DNA of 60,161 nt, the filler included, from Sphacelaria rigidula (lineage: Eukaryota), in the NCBI GenBank assembly GCA_964200075.2. It is 7 parts of 7 records of this genome, joined end to end, with 100 filler letters (N's around TTAATTAATTAA, not from the genome) between each part and the next. Parts side by side here need not be neighbours in the genome. Positions count along the whole stretch, not along the records: positions 34,438 to 42,945 come from CAXNAA020010935.1; positions 43,046 to 51,553 come from CAXNAA020010936.1; 5 more parts are not named here. One strand, 5' to 3'. The first letter of the stretch is position 1, and each line of letters starts with the position of its first letter. The notes beneath the pieces are model-generated. The model was not told the DNA's origin. It did no database searches and worked only from the letters and a program-made list of their open reading frames with translations. The translations under genes were made by a program, and so were the position numbers. Of the stretch, positions 38,465 through 50,700 are shown piece after piece.

Positions 38465-38960
38465 TGCCCCCAGGCGCTGCTTTGTTCTGAGCGGCCGTGC
38501 ACAAAGGGCAAATTCGCCTTTCAACGGCGAGTATCCTTTGAAGCGTCGAATTAGAGAGGGAGCGTTGACAACGGAAGGGCAAAGCTGGCGGCTGATTCAT
38601 GTCAGGGCTCCAGTGCAGAAACCAAGGCGTCGAGAGTGATTTTAGAACGAGTCTGTGCGTTATATCTGCTGGTGACCGCGGACATGTATTTAGTTACTGT
38701 CTGTACATACTATTATATTATTAGTATCAGAATGAGATGCAAACTATATGCAATGTTTGAGAAGCTTCGTTTTTCACTTTGTGGCATGCCACCAGGTGCT
38801 GCTGCTTTGTTCTGTACGGCTGTGCACGAAGGGCAACTTCGCCTTTCAACAGCGAGTACCCTTCATGTATCGAGTTGCAGGGAGTGAGGTCACACATGAA
38901 CTTCGACTGTTGTGTCTGAGGGTTTCAGCGGAGAAGCCAAGACGCAAAGAGTGATTTTGA
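38465..38960. repeat. diverged direct repeat (~320-bp period)
   Basis: CCAGG(C/T)GCTGCTTTGTTCTG...AAGGGCAA.TTCGCCTTTCAAC...GAGTGATTTT at ~38465 and ~38787. Confidence 0.7.
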
Positions 38961-40759
38961 TTTCAGACTGTGCACAATGTATGACTAGGTCGTGAGAGCC
39001 ACGATCTTTCAAGTGACTGCCTGTTCACATATTCGTACATACTGGAAATAACGAGAAAATGACGTTGAAGATGTTGATCTGGACAGAGAGAACCAGACCG
39101 TGCCCAAGCGACTGACAAGATGGGATTCCTTTCACTCATGCCATGACCCTGACCCCGTGGGGCCCATGAGAAATTCACTCTCCAATCCCGCAGCCATAGC
39201 TGTGTGTAGGAAATGCAGCGCGTAGCCAATCCGCACAGCATGAACCTCTTGATCGCCAACATCATCAGCATCGTTCTCAGTAGCTTTCTGATGCGCGACG
39301 CTGCTGCTCATCATGATCTCCAAATTTCCGCACTTTCTCATTCTAGCACGATGTCAGGCACGCGTTTCACCGCAGATACGTTGGTGTGTAGCGGCCACAA
39401 CAGCCGCTGTTCGTGCTCTTTTCTTGTTATTTCGCAATGACGGTAAACGTGGGGTGGTAGCTCGCGGGCGTGTGCTTCCCGACTGGTACAGACAGAGGAA
39501 GGACACTATTAGCTAGTGCAACAAGATTGTCCATCTACTGATGTGGAGCGAGCATTCCGGAGGAACAAAACCACCTCAACACCGACCCCTCCCAGGCTTG
39601 AATGTATGTACTAGAAATATAGTTCATTTTATTTAGCCAAATTGTTATTTGTAGGTGACGCGTGTATTTTCCATTGATATGATTCGTTAGATTACGGACC
39701 ACTTCTGACGCATGTAGCGTTCAGCTTGCACTTTCCATGAATATAGTACCCAAAATCGGCCTCCATTCCTACCCATAACTGTGCCGGCATTCGCGCCGGG
39801 GGACAGGACAGACTGGGCCGCCCAAGACGCGAGTTTGTGGCTTGCAGATCCCGTCTCACCTGAACTCTACGAGTTAGACTTCGAAATTTGGTATAGAGGA
39901 GAAGTAAGGCATGCTAAAAATTGCGCTCGGGACGCAACGTTTTGTTTTTTTCGTGAGGTGAGGACAATAATCAGTACCTACATATCAGGAAAACACCCTT
40001 GAGTCACGAAAACGAAAAAACGTTGCATCCCGAGCGACAGCGGTTGAGCATGCCCTATCATTCCTCAGTACCAAATTTCGAAGTCTAACTCGCAAAATTA
40101 AGGTGAGAAAAGACGACTTGAAAACCGGGCCGGGCAAAATTCGGAACAACATGTTCCAGGCCGTTTATCGGCCCAGGTTTGGAACTTGTGCCTTGAATCT
40201 TTGTGTGGGGCTTCGCTAGGCCATCACCGACCAGAACAAAACGGGAAAAGCTGAAACATATGTACATGTGTGTATCATTTCACTTCTTTCACCACTTTTA
40301 CCGAGTTTCCTCAGGCGGCAAGGCATCTCATCACGCGATTTCTTTTGCAGTGCACGAAGAAGGTGCACCGGTACATTGCCTTTCAGGTTTGGGTGTAATC
40401 TACTACCTGTGGCGCGTGTTCTGGCCATCGAAAATCGCCCACGCTGGCTCTTTTTCCCGGGGTGTCGATCCCGAACCACAAAAGCCTTCCTCAAGATCGT
40501 GGAAAACTTCAAACGAGAACCACTAAAGCCCCCTCACGGCGGGGTATTTTTTCATCGTGATTTTCTTTGCGTTCTCGATGGTTCGGGAACACGAAGACAG
40601 CGGTTGTGCAGCGAATGTCACGAGGACATGGGATCAAACCAGGAGAAAAAAGCTGGGCGTTGCCTTCAGTCAGCAGCAAACACAAGTCGAATGATCTGAG
40701 ATCCCCCATCTTTTAGTTTCGACGTGAAGCCTCTAACGAGGTCATATTTGCGTAAGTAA

Positions 40760-42420
40760 TGTGTGCCCAATTATGCGAACATAACAATTCACGAAAGCAT
40801 GGTGAAGAACTCTGAAGAATGTGTGGATTGGTATTAGAGAAAGGGGTCACAGTCACGGCTGCAGTAGGGGAAGTCGCTGATGGCCCGGTGTGCATTGATA
40901 CGGTGGCTACCCACGATGCGTGGCATTTTATTTTTCCAACACATTGCTGTCTGATGACGGCTAGATAGAGTGGGTACAGTGACAGTTGAGCACGCAGGCT
41001 GTGACGGATCCTGCCGGCCTCATCATCAATCTTCGCCCAGTTATGGACGAGCACTTGAGGGAACCCAGCAAACAAGCGTCGTTTATGGTCCGCTGTATAT
41101 GTGAGGGTTGGGAGCTGAACATTTCCGCTTCAAAAATCTCGACAGTCGAAGATTTAGCTCCTATCGCACGACCAGTGGGTAGTGCCACGGTCCCTTGCCG
41201 GCGTACCCGGCACTGGGGGCGACATCCCGGTACAGACAGAGTCATCACTACCGGGACGGCCATGCAAACAGGCCGGCAGCCAAAATGGCCGTTGCACTGG
41301 TGTTCTTCTAGCATTATCAACTCGGAGTACGGCCTCACAGGCTTTGCACGCGAATATTTCGGTGATTTCCTTACCTCCACTTCGCTCATGTGCTGTGGAT
41401 CATTTCACGATCTCACCGCCTGGTATGTATGGAAATGTATGACACCCTAGACAAGAGCTTTCTACAGTCAGTATAAAATTTAAAAGCATGTACTGTGCAC
41501 AGTATAGAAGCTGTTGCCTTCTGCGATGTGCACAGTACTCGTACAAAAGTGGGAACTGCGCGCAGTATGACTTCAAGACAGTGTAGAAATCTCCACGCGG
41601 TATGAATTGTTACAGCCGGCTTGCGCCCCACAGCGGCTGTGCTACCATCCAGCGCAAGATACAGAGCGAGGGGTGGTACACCACGTACACACATACAGCA
41701 AGCAGTATCATACATATATACTGTACTGTATACAAGTGTGATTTGAAATCCGTGCGCGCAGGGTCGGGCCGGCATTTAGAGAACCCTGCACGAGTTTGCC
41801 GTGTACTACCGGGACGCGACCTTATTCCAGAAGTAATCACTTGCGATGTGTGCTGTGACGGGTTTCGTGCGTGATGGGTCTTTTCTCCCTCCGCACACCG
41901 CCCGCGAAGCGAGCTCTTCATGCTGGAAGTGTCCACCACTTTTCCCGCCACTCTTGGTCTGAGACAATTGAAACTGCGGAATGTGACAGTATCTACCAGT
42001 GGATTCTCGAAATCGGAGTTGAAAAAATAATGAGGTTCAACCAGTCTTACGCCAAGAGAAAAAAAACGGAACAGAATCCGACATCCTTTCGCCCCAATAC
42101 TCACGTAGACACCGCGCAACCCCAGATTCAGCAAGATGGGGTTATTGTCTGTAGTCTACATGACATGTGGGCGAAGTTTCAGCACGTAAAAGCAATAACA
42201 GCGCATGCACGGCCGTGTCTCCTGAAATGAGCACCTCTACAGGCGATACCAAGATAGGTACTGCGTAGAATGACATCATCCAGAGTGTGCCTAATACGGA
42301 TCGATGTGTTCGTTTGCCGGGGCAGGAGTCACAGAGCAGGAAGTGAACGTAGCTGCGTGTAAACATATGCATCCATTGAAGTCTCACGCAGTCTGGGCCG
42401 AGGGGACTGGGTGTTGAGGG
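40760..42420 (-). pseudogene. possible highly decayed hAT-like transposase
   Basis: Broken minus-strand frames with faint motif echoes in the expected order: PDCVRLQWMHMF (DxxTRWNS-like), LRAETSPTCHV, CWKNKMP and SSSPCFRELLCSHNW (dimerization-domain-like). By eye only. Confidence 0.25.
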
Positions 42421-42945
42421 CGTATCGATGGCATTGTCCAAAATCCGTGTTTTGCTTTGTGCGTCTAGCGCACCACGTGAAACGTGCCGCCGCTCCCGGA
42501 ATATGCTGTCTGTGTTGTGGTCTACCTCTGTGCCAAGTTTCAGGCTGGTTCGAACAGACACGCCGGAGAAATCCACGGGCAAAATATCCCTTGATTTGAA
42601 CTGAAAATACAGTACTAAACCCCGTTAAACCGTGGAAAGATACATAAGGGGGATATGATTTTGGTATGCGGGAATATTGGCAGTTAACTTGCTTTTGTTT
42701 TTGGCGTAAGACTGCAACTCAAAAGCCTTGCTTTCCCTGACCAAAATTCATGACAAATGACTTTCATATGGCCATCCCATCCCTCCCAACCTCCCTAAAA
42801 CCCAGTAGAGTTTACCACTTGGGATGGTGAGAACTTTCCCAGATTGTTCGACTTGATTTTATTGTGAATAGCGAAAATCCGGATCTTTAACGGCGCTATG
42901 CTCCGAGCGTGCTCGTAGCTTGCAAGTCATCCTACGATAGGGGGG

Positions 42946-43045
42946 NNNNNNNNNNNNNNNNNNNNNNNNNNNNNNNNNNNNNNNNNNNNTTAATTAATTA
43001 ANNNNNNNNNNNNNNNNNNNNNNNNNNNNNNNNNNNNNNNNNNNN
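42946..43045. other. artificial contig spacer
   Basis: 44N-TTAATTAATTAA-44N. Confidence 0.99.
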
Positions 43046-43425
43046 CATATATATATAAAGTCAATGCCATACGAAGCGTTGAAGAGCATGGCTCCACAGT
43101 CTCATTTTCTAACAGAATGAAGCAAGCGTACTTGTTTTCCACTGTTCCTTCAAACGCATGAATGAGTCGACATTTTCACTCACCCACCATTCGTGCGATA
43201 TTCACCAGATAGATGTGCCTTATCCCGGCCACAATCATGTGCGAGGACCCTTAACTTGATGCATGTTCCGCACCTGCAGTTCACGAGGCACGACTCGTTG
43301 GTCCAGTTTCCGTACCCTCAGTTCATGCGGCACTGTTTTCACGCGTTGTGATAAACCTAACCTGTGACTGATGATGTATCCATTTCATGAATTACATAGA
43401 GTAATAGTAAATCCAAGTCGCGACA

Positions 43426-43705
43426 GACTCTTTCTAGGATAGCACCCCCCCCCCCCCCTTCCCCCCCCACCCAATAAAATAACAGCCCAATTCTGTCACG
43501 AAGAAGAAAATGGTAATATATTGACTAATATTTGGTTTCAAGCTGCATGAAGGGCCTAATATGGGCGACATTGGCGAAAACGAACCCGAGCATGAGCTTT
43601 TCCAGCTGCCCACTGTGTTGGTCTTTTTTCATTTCGATTTACGTGTAGATCTTGCCTCCACAAACCAGCCACGTTTTGGGGGAGGAGGCTTTCGTAGAAA
43701 GACTT
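43426..43705. mobile_element. MITE (CTTTCTACGATAG TIR family)
   Basis: TIR-like ends. Whole body is the diverged reverse complement of 44129-44385. Confidence 0.7.
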
Positions 43706-44128
43706 AACTCAGATTAAGCTATATCCAAGTCGGATCGCGATTTGATTACCTCTCAGTGATCGTCCTACGAGCCTCGTATGGACACAACAACACCTGGCAT
43801 GCGCCCACACAGTGTCTAGCCATCGTTCAAGCCATCGCACGGTGCAAACGGCTTCATAGCAGACAAGAAACGTGCTTGCTGAAAACGGTGATAAGAATTA
43901 CCGCGATACGGAGATCACTACTTCCATGTCACGATTACACGGTTCCTCTCAGCGCTCGTCCCATGAACCTCGTCTGGGCACAGCAATGCGTGTACATGCG
44001 CACACAGTCCTTCTCCGTCCTTCAAGGCACCACGCTGTGCAAAAAGCTCCGCAGCGGACGAGAAACGTACGTCGGCTGTCACCACGTCATTGTGCTAGAC
44101 ACAGTAGATGCCCGTGACGGGCATATGC

Positions 44129-44385
44129 GACACTTTCTACGATAGCCCCCTCCCCCCAAAAGTGCAGGGTTTTGGGAGGCAAAATATTCACGTAAATTGA
44201 AATGGGAAAAGCCGAGCACAACGAGCAGCTGGGAATTCCCACGCATGGGTTCGTTCTCGCCAATGTTGCCAATATGAAGCGCTTTATATAGCCTGAACCC
44301 AAACATCAGGCGCTGCATGGCCATTTTTCGTGACACTCTTGGGCTGTTTTTGTTTGGGGGGGGGGGGGGTATCGTAGAAAGTGTC
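44129..44385. mobile_element. MITE (CTTTCTACGATAG TIR family)
   Basis: TIR GACACTTTCTACGATA / TATCGTAGAAAGTGTC with flanks ATGC/ACGC (3 of 4 match). Confidence 0.75.
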
Positions 44386-44689
44386 ACGCCCGCGAATGCT
44401 TTAATTTTCAAATCTTCAAGTCTTGAATCATGTGGACATACATGCCGACAGCAGCAGTATTTTGCAGGTATGTCTGCACTTGTGAGGTCTGTTATGTGGT
44501 CGTAGTGCATTTCCTGGCAGTGGACCATTTATAGCGGAGTAGGATAATTGTCACGAGAGATCTCGATGATTTGAGCGAACGACTGACCCGCATCGGGCGA
44601 TGCATCGCCGTGTACTTAATATATCTTCAGAAGTCACCTGCTGGCTTGGTACAGAGCTTTACCTGAAACGTCTCTCTTCACCTCTAAAA

Positions 44690-45131
44690 CAGGCGATCAT
44701 CGAATTTGAGGATGGAGCTTTTCATTGAGGATGAGAACCCGGAGAATTAAAATCTTCGTATTCACACCAAATCCTCGAAATATGGTTCCATTTCTTCACG
44801 TACGGGTAGCTGTTGGCAATCACTTCACGTCATACAAATTTGGATTTCTATAACCAAAATAATGGGATCCTAGGTGAAAAAACAGATTTTGGGGGAATTT
44901 CGGCGATCCAATCGGATCACCTGAATTCCCCAAAATTGTTTCTTCACCTAGGACCCCAACATGTCGGTTATCAGGATCCAAATTTGTATGGCGTGTAGTA
45001 GTTGCCGATAGCTACCAGAAGGTGAAGGAATGAAACCATATTTTGAAGATTTGGCGTGGATACGAAGATTCTAATTCCCCGGGTTCTCATCCTCAATGAA
45101 AAGCTCCATCCTCAATTTCGGCGATCGGCTG
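44690..45131. mobile_element. 442-bp foldback/MITE inserted in the copia 3' LTR
   Basis: CAGGCGATCATCGAATTTGAGGATGG...CCATCCTCAATTTCGGCGATCGGCTG. The other LTR is uninterrupted at this point (~49390). Confidence 0.9.
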
Positions 45132-46857
45132 TTCTCTGCCTGAGCCCCAACTATAGGAGTTTGGATATGGGGCTACATAGCCGCTCTTGCTCGGCATACT
45201 CACACTGACTACAGTAGGATTGTTCTCCCATACGTTCTTTTCGGTATCTCGCACTGAACCGTATTGTCTCCCACCAGGATAGTTGAACCCACCCCGAGGA
45301 TTTACGAGTAAAATTTATGTCCAATACATGAATCTCAATAATTTGCACATTCTCCCACGATCGTATGCGAAGTATTGGTAACACTAGAAAGCTGATACGA
45401 TTATACCCAACGCACGGTATACAAGATGAATGAGTCTTGCCATGGAATTCCTTTGAAGCTGTTTGGTGAATCTGGACCCTGCGGACTCGTTCCGGCTTTT
45501 GCCGCCTTTTCCGTCTCGACGCGCTTCGTCGATAACGGCAACTTGAACGTTTGTTGGCTCTGTGCGAAGTTGTCCATGCTTTACGTGCATCCCGCGTCCT
45601 CGGGTGGTCCCTCATCCACCTTCGTCATTTCCTTCGCCGTGGGCTGCTCCCTCGCTTCTCGGTCAAGGGTAGAACCATCCGCGCTCGATACGCATTTTTG
45701 CTCGAGCTTCACTCCTTCGTTGTCGCGCAGCATCCCGGGTGCTCCGGCGATTCGGCCCAGTTCACGGTCATCTCCGCTCGAGATGGTGCTATCCTCGAGT
45801 CTCACCTACGGTTCCATTCTTGTCCGCGGTGTCTCTGCCCTTCGGCTTCCCGAGCGCTCGTCCGTGTATGGAGTTGGGCAATCTGCAGGCTCCGCCGGTG
45901 GCGACGGGGGTCCTAGCGATTTACTGGCCTCTCGACTTTGGGGCTCGTTGTTCTTCCATAGGATTTCCTTTTCCCTGACCATGTTCCATCCGTCAGCATC
46001 AGGCTCTGTCAGGCCTTCTCCCGCAAACGGTGGTTCTATCGGTCCGGTGACAATTCCGCCCCTGAGCATGCAGAATGCGCCTTATTCTTGATTTTCTAGA
46101 CGGATGACGAGGCGCTTTCCGTCATCTGAAGTGCTATCGTCAGAACTCTTGAAGCGTTGTTGTATGTTTTCCGCCCGACGCCGTTGTGTCAGTCGACTGG
46201 ACGTGCGCAGTCCACTGTCCGGAAGAGACCGATTTGATGGTGGGTCTTGCGGTGGCTGTCCATCAGGACCATCATCGCCGTCGATTTGCACCCCTTGTGG
46301 TTCTTCTGACGGGTCGCCCTTGTCGTTGCCCAGTTTGACAGCCTTCAGCTACCCCACGATGTCCGGGATCTAGGCCTCTGATGCGAACATGTTGTGTGAA
46401 GAGTTCATGAGGTTGGATTCCTGTATTAGCCGTACAAATTAGCAGAGCGTGTGCCGTGCTCCACCAAGATGCCCCGCTTCGTATATGATTGAAACCTTTG
46501 CAGCAGCGCCGCGCTGTTGCTTGTGCTGGTGCACGAAACACTCCGATCTCAAAGTACAAAACGGGTGGCAGTTGAAGGGCTTGCCTGTCAGCCTCTCACA
46601 TGGGGTCTCGCCCCGAAATACTCATGGGGTATCCCTGCGGTCTTGAATGCGGTGTTCGCCACAGAGAAGAACCAACAGTCCTCTGCACGTCCCGGATTCA
46701 CTAGTTTGCTGTATGCTTTCTCCGCTAGTTGTTGACTTGCACGTTCGGAATTTCCGTTCCTTCGCGTTGTTCTTTGGCGTTGAGCAGTGCCACTTGATGC
46801 CGCGATTGGCCATCATGCGTTGAAATTTGACTGACTGTCTGAGTTCCCTAGCGCCGT

Positions 46858-47241
46858 CTACGCTGATGCATTCGATGCCCCCCTCTCAACGACGTTTACG
46901 TCGGTATAGACTTCCGTGGCACCAGGGGCAGCATCTCGCGTCTTGAGTCCAACAGCGTGCTTACGTCGACTAGCCTCATCCACGAACACCTGAAGGTATG
47001 TCATGCCCGTGTCATCGGCGTGGAAAGGCCCTTCAACATCAGTATGCTCGACTTGACTTGGTGCTTTGGGGCTCCTACCTGCGCAGCCGTAGCTGTGCGC
47101 CTCGGATTTGCACTCCTTACAGACGGTGCAGTGCATCTCGAAGGCCGCCGTTGTATCAGTTACAACGACCAGCCCACTCTTCTCGAGGTGCTCTCTAGCA
47201 GCCGGGTCGATGTGTCCGAAGTCGTCGTGCCACTGCTTCAA
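46858..47241 (-). pseudogene. copia integrase fragment
   Basis: QWHDDFGHI...HCTVCKECK...VEHTDVEGPF...YLQVFVDEASRRKHAVGLKTRD: HHCC motif plus the start of the rve core. Confidence 0.85.
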
Positions 47242-47443
47242 TGTGAAGCGCTACTTATTTTTTGTTAATGAAGCGTGCGCCATCGCCGCATGTTTGCCAA
47301 TCCCTGCACGGATTCCGAAAGGGTCAGAAACCCTCCAATCTCAGCTAGGAGGAACTTCGGTTTACCCTTTCCGAATCAAAGGTAGCTCTCCGTTTTACCG
47401 GAAGCCACAAGTTCTCCTCCGTCATGCACACGCGGCCACTTAT

Positions 47444-47750
47444 CTACCCCCAAAATTCCTCTAGGTTGGTCAATTGTCGAGCCTCCCGAGGGTTTAAACG
47501 CCTGCAGAGGAATTGAACGCCTCCAGAGGAGTAGTTTTTGGTTTCCTCCAGAGGGATTAAACGTCTCTGGAGGCTCGTTTTTGCCCCTGGAGGACCGCGC
47601 GTCCCTTCGCTACCCCCAAATTCCTCCGGAGGGGAGCGCGATCCTCCAGAGCGGAAGTTTTTGGTTTCCTCTATAGAGATTCAAGGCCTCCGGAGGCCTG
47701 TTTTGCCTATGAAGGGCCGCGCACCCGTTCGAAGGCATTTTGGGGGGTAG
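47444..47750. mobile_element. MITE inserted in copia pol
   Basis: TIR CTACCCCCAAAAT / ATTTTGGGGGGTAG with internal CCTCCAGAGG repeats. Confidence 0.75.
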
Positions 47751-50700
47751 GCAAGTTGCCACGTGTGTGACGAGTCGTCCCGGTACTCAGGGACCCAAAG
47801 TACGTCCTTTAGTGTGGTCTTTGATCGAGCCTTTGTAATGAGTGAAATGACCGCGTACTTGGGGGACCGTATCGGAAGTTGAACACCCCTATCGTTAGGG
47901 TTAAGGTTAGGGTTGGTGTTGGGGTTGAGAACAGGGGTGTGGTCCCTGCAGGGACTGGCCCGATTGGTTTTAAAAAACGTCGATCCTGAGGTGTTTCGAA
48001 CCACGATGCGGTCCTCTAAGCACGCGGTCCTCTCACGCATTACACCTCCTTGCCCCGAACAATCACGTGCAATGTGATCTCTGCTATTGCCAGCGTCTGC
48101 AGCTGCCACTTGTTCCCGAACGTACAACCGCAATTGACCCCACGCGTGTTCCATAGATCGTCCTTCCGGGGAGTTATGGGGACATTCGCTCCTGTGTGTC
48201 GATCGACGAAAACATGGACACTTCTGGATATTTGTCGTTTACTCACTCATCTTCGACTACTACATTCATGGTCATAACTACCCTCGGCCTGTCCCTCCTC
48301 ACACTACTTCTGCCACTTTATGGAGGAGGGGGAAACTTTCGTGCAGGGCTCATCCCCGGCGGTCGTCTAGCCGGAGGTCTGTTGTTTAGGTAGGAGCGGC
48401 ATTCCCGCCACTTATGATGTCGCTTCAAAAAGTACGCACTTTCCGTTGAGCTCCGAGTCCGCTTTCGTGCCGTCGGTTCTCGAATAGAACGCGACCGCCT
48501 CGACGCGGCCCTCCGTGTCGGACGTTGCGTACTGTATGTTGATAATGCTGCGACTTCCCGTTTTAGTTCATCGTACGCCATACCTGAAAGGGTTACTAGC
48601 TGTATGAATACATGTGGAAGCGCTTCCTTGATCCCTACTAGAAGGGCTGCCCTGTTAGTCTCCTCGGCTTTGGCGTTTCCAAACGCCCCGAATTGCTTCC
48701 AGATGATGTCCATCTTTACCATAAACTATGCTGATTCTGCCGGAGGTTGGCTTTAGAGATCCAGCAGTCTCCGTTCTGATGCAAGTAGTTGCACAGGCCA
48801 CTCATCCTGTACACGTCCGTGATAAATCACTTCGAGCTCCAGTCAGGCTTCTTTTCTGTCGGGGTTGCCGCTGTGATTACATCGTGCGACAATGGCTGCG
48901 GCTGACCCTTTTGTAGCCTGCGCCAGGAAAAGCCACAGGGACAGCGTTTTGTGTTGGTGCGTTTCGTACGCCCTACGCTGATCTAGTGCCGTCGTCGTTG
49001 TTGGAACGCCCTGTGCGGCGTAATCCTATTGTTGCAGAGGGTACAGTCCCCCCCTCCCCCCGCGCGCATCCTACGATTAAGAGTCTCGGTGCGTCCCACG
49101 TTTCTTGCAGATACCCACGAGTGCACTTCCGAACCAGCAGCTTGCGTGGGTCTGCATTCATCCTTCTCCAGGCTCACCACCCTGTGCACTTGTGAGGTCT
49201 CATACAGGGCCTTAGCGCTTTTCCTGGCAGTGCACCATTTATTGCGGAACAAGACAGTTGTCACGAGAGGTGTCGATGGGTTGAGCAGACGACTGACCCG
49301 CATTGGGCGCTGCATCGCCGTGCATTCAATATTTCTTCAGAGGTCACCCGCTAGCTTGGTGCATAGCCCGACCTGAACCGTCTCTCCTTACCCCAGCCCC
49401 CAGCCTCAATCAAAGGACTCGGGGCATGGAGCTACATAGCCGTTCTCGCTCGGCTGAATCACGCTGGCTACAACAGGACTGGTTCCCGAACCGTTCCTTT
49501 CGGTACGTTGCATTGAACCGTACTGGCTTCCACCAAGCCGGTTGAATGTGCAACGCGCGCGTGCTTTTTGGACCGCATCGGAGATTCAACAACCCCATGA
49601 TGAAGATTTATGTCCAATAGAAAATCTGCATAGAGCCGAACTATGTTGTTATGATTACAGTCGAGGAAAGGGCTGGGTGCAGTCAGCGATAGCACTAAGC
49701 ACGTGTTCCTACGCAGGCAGGCGGCTACTGACAGTATTCACGATTGATTCACGCAGATGATGTCGTAGACACGCTGATAATATGAACACAGTACTTATCA
49801 GATCTCTGATGCACACGTTGCCAATCTAATTTGCGTTGTACTGCATCAATGTTACAACGCTGGCTATGTCTTAGGACTGGTGTCACCAACCTGATACACG
49901 CTGCATGTGCTTTGCCCATCTGTCTGTTTAACCTGGGGACGTTGTGTAATAAGTGTGGATAGCGTGTATCAACGGCTATCTGTGCAAGTGGCTCTATGAG
50001 TCCACTCGTTTTCCGTGGCAAGCGCGGTTTCGTCGACGCACAGACGGAGCGGCGAGTTTCTCTAAAGCTCAAGACAACGGTGGCATCGTCTTTTCGACAC
50101 CTGACGGAAGCTGAGGAAAGCGGCTTCTACCAGCTTTTTGCGGCCGTTTGGAGGCCGTGGAATTTTCAAGTGCTCGCGTTTGTTCCCAAACAGAGAAATC
50201 CTCCACGCACCGTCAGTGACAGCACAGTATCTGACCTTCTCTCAGCCGTGCTGCTTGAAAGCTAGCCCAACCTATTGCTTGCACGTTTGTATCTGACGAG
50301 GGGATGGCGGCGATATGAATGTCGCCCTCTTTTTCAACGACGTGTTTTATCTGTAGCGCGCAGAGGAGTGATGCTACGGTAGGGGTGCACAACTATTTTC
50401 TGAGGTTAGAATTATTAGGAGCCCTTGATCTCATGTAAAACACCACTTATGGCAATATGTGAAAGCACACCAGGATTACTACTCGAATGTGCTGGGGATA
50501 TCCCGAATGAATTTACGAACGGGGAGGCCCTGATCCATATTCTTTTGCATCTAGCATCGTTAGGAGCCCCTGAACTAGGCAATATTTCGCGAAAAAAGTG
50601 TACTCCTACCGTAGCATTGCTCAGAGGCACGTCCTGTCCGGAGGGAGAGGCAGAAAGGAATCGATCTTGCACTGGTCGGCGCAAAGACAAGACACGATTA

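Larger units (their letters stand above)
44471..49659 (-). mobile_element. decayed Ty1/copia LTR retrotransposon, RT apparently deleted
   Basis: Two diverged direct LTR-like repeats (44471-45349 and 49183-~49659). Minus-strand order: gag with degenerate zinc knuckle (48318-48722), protease (VFVDRHTGAN; TTLKDVLWVP), GAG-pre-integrase (WHDDFGH..CTVC), integrase core (HTDVEGPF..VFVDEASR), RNase H-like end (FTKQLQR). Purine-rich tract before the 3' LTR. Many stops and frameshifts; no TSD seen. Confidence 0.85.

Noticed and set aside
38990..39400. hAT CxxH-like motif (HAVRIGYALHFLHTAM) on the minus strand
   Set aside because: Too weak, and it lies downstream of the putative dimerization-like segment, which is the wrong order for a single transposase.
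45426..46091. 221-aa plus-strand ORF
   Set aside because: It is the antisense shadow of the copia pol linker region.
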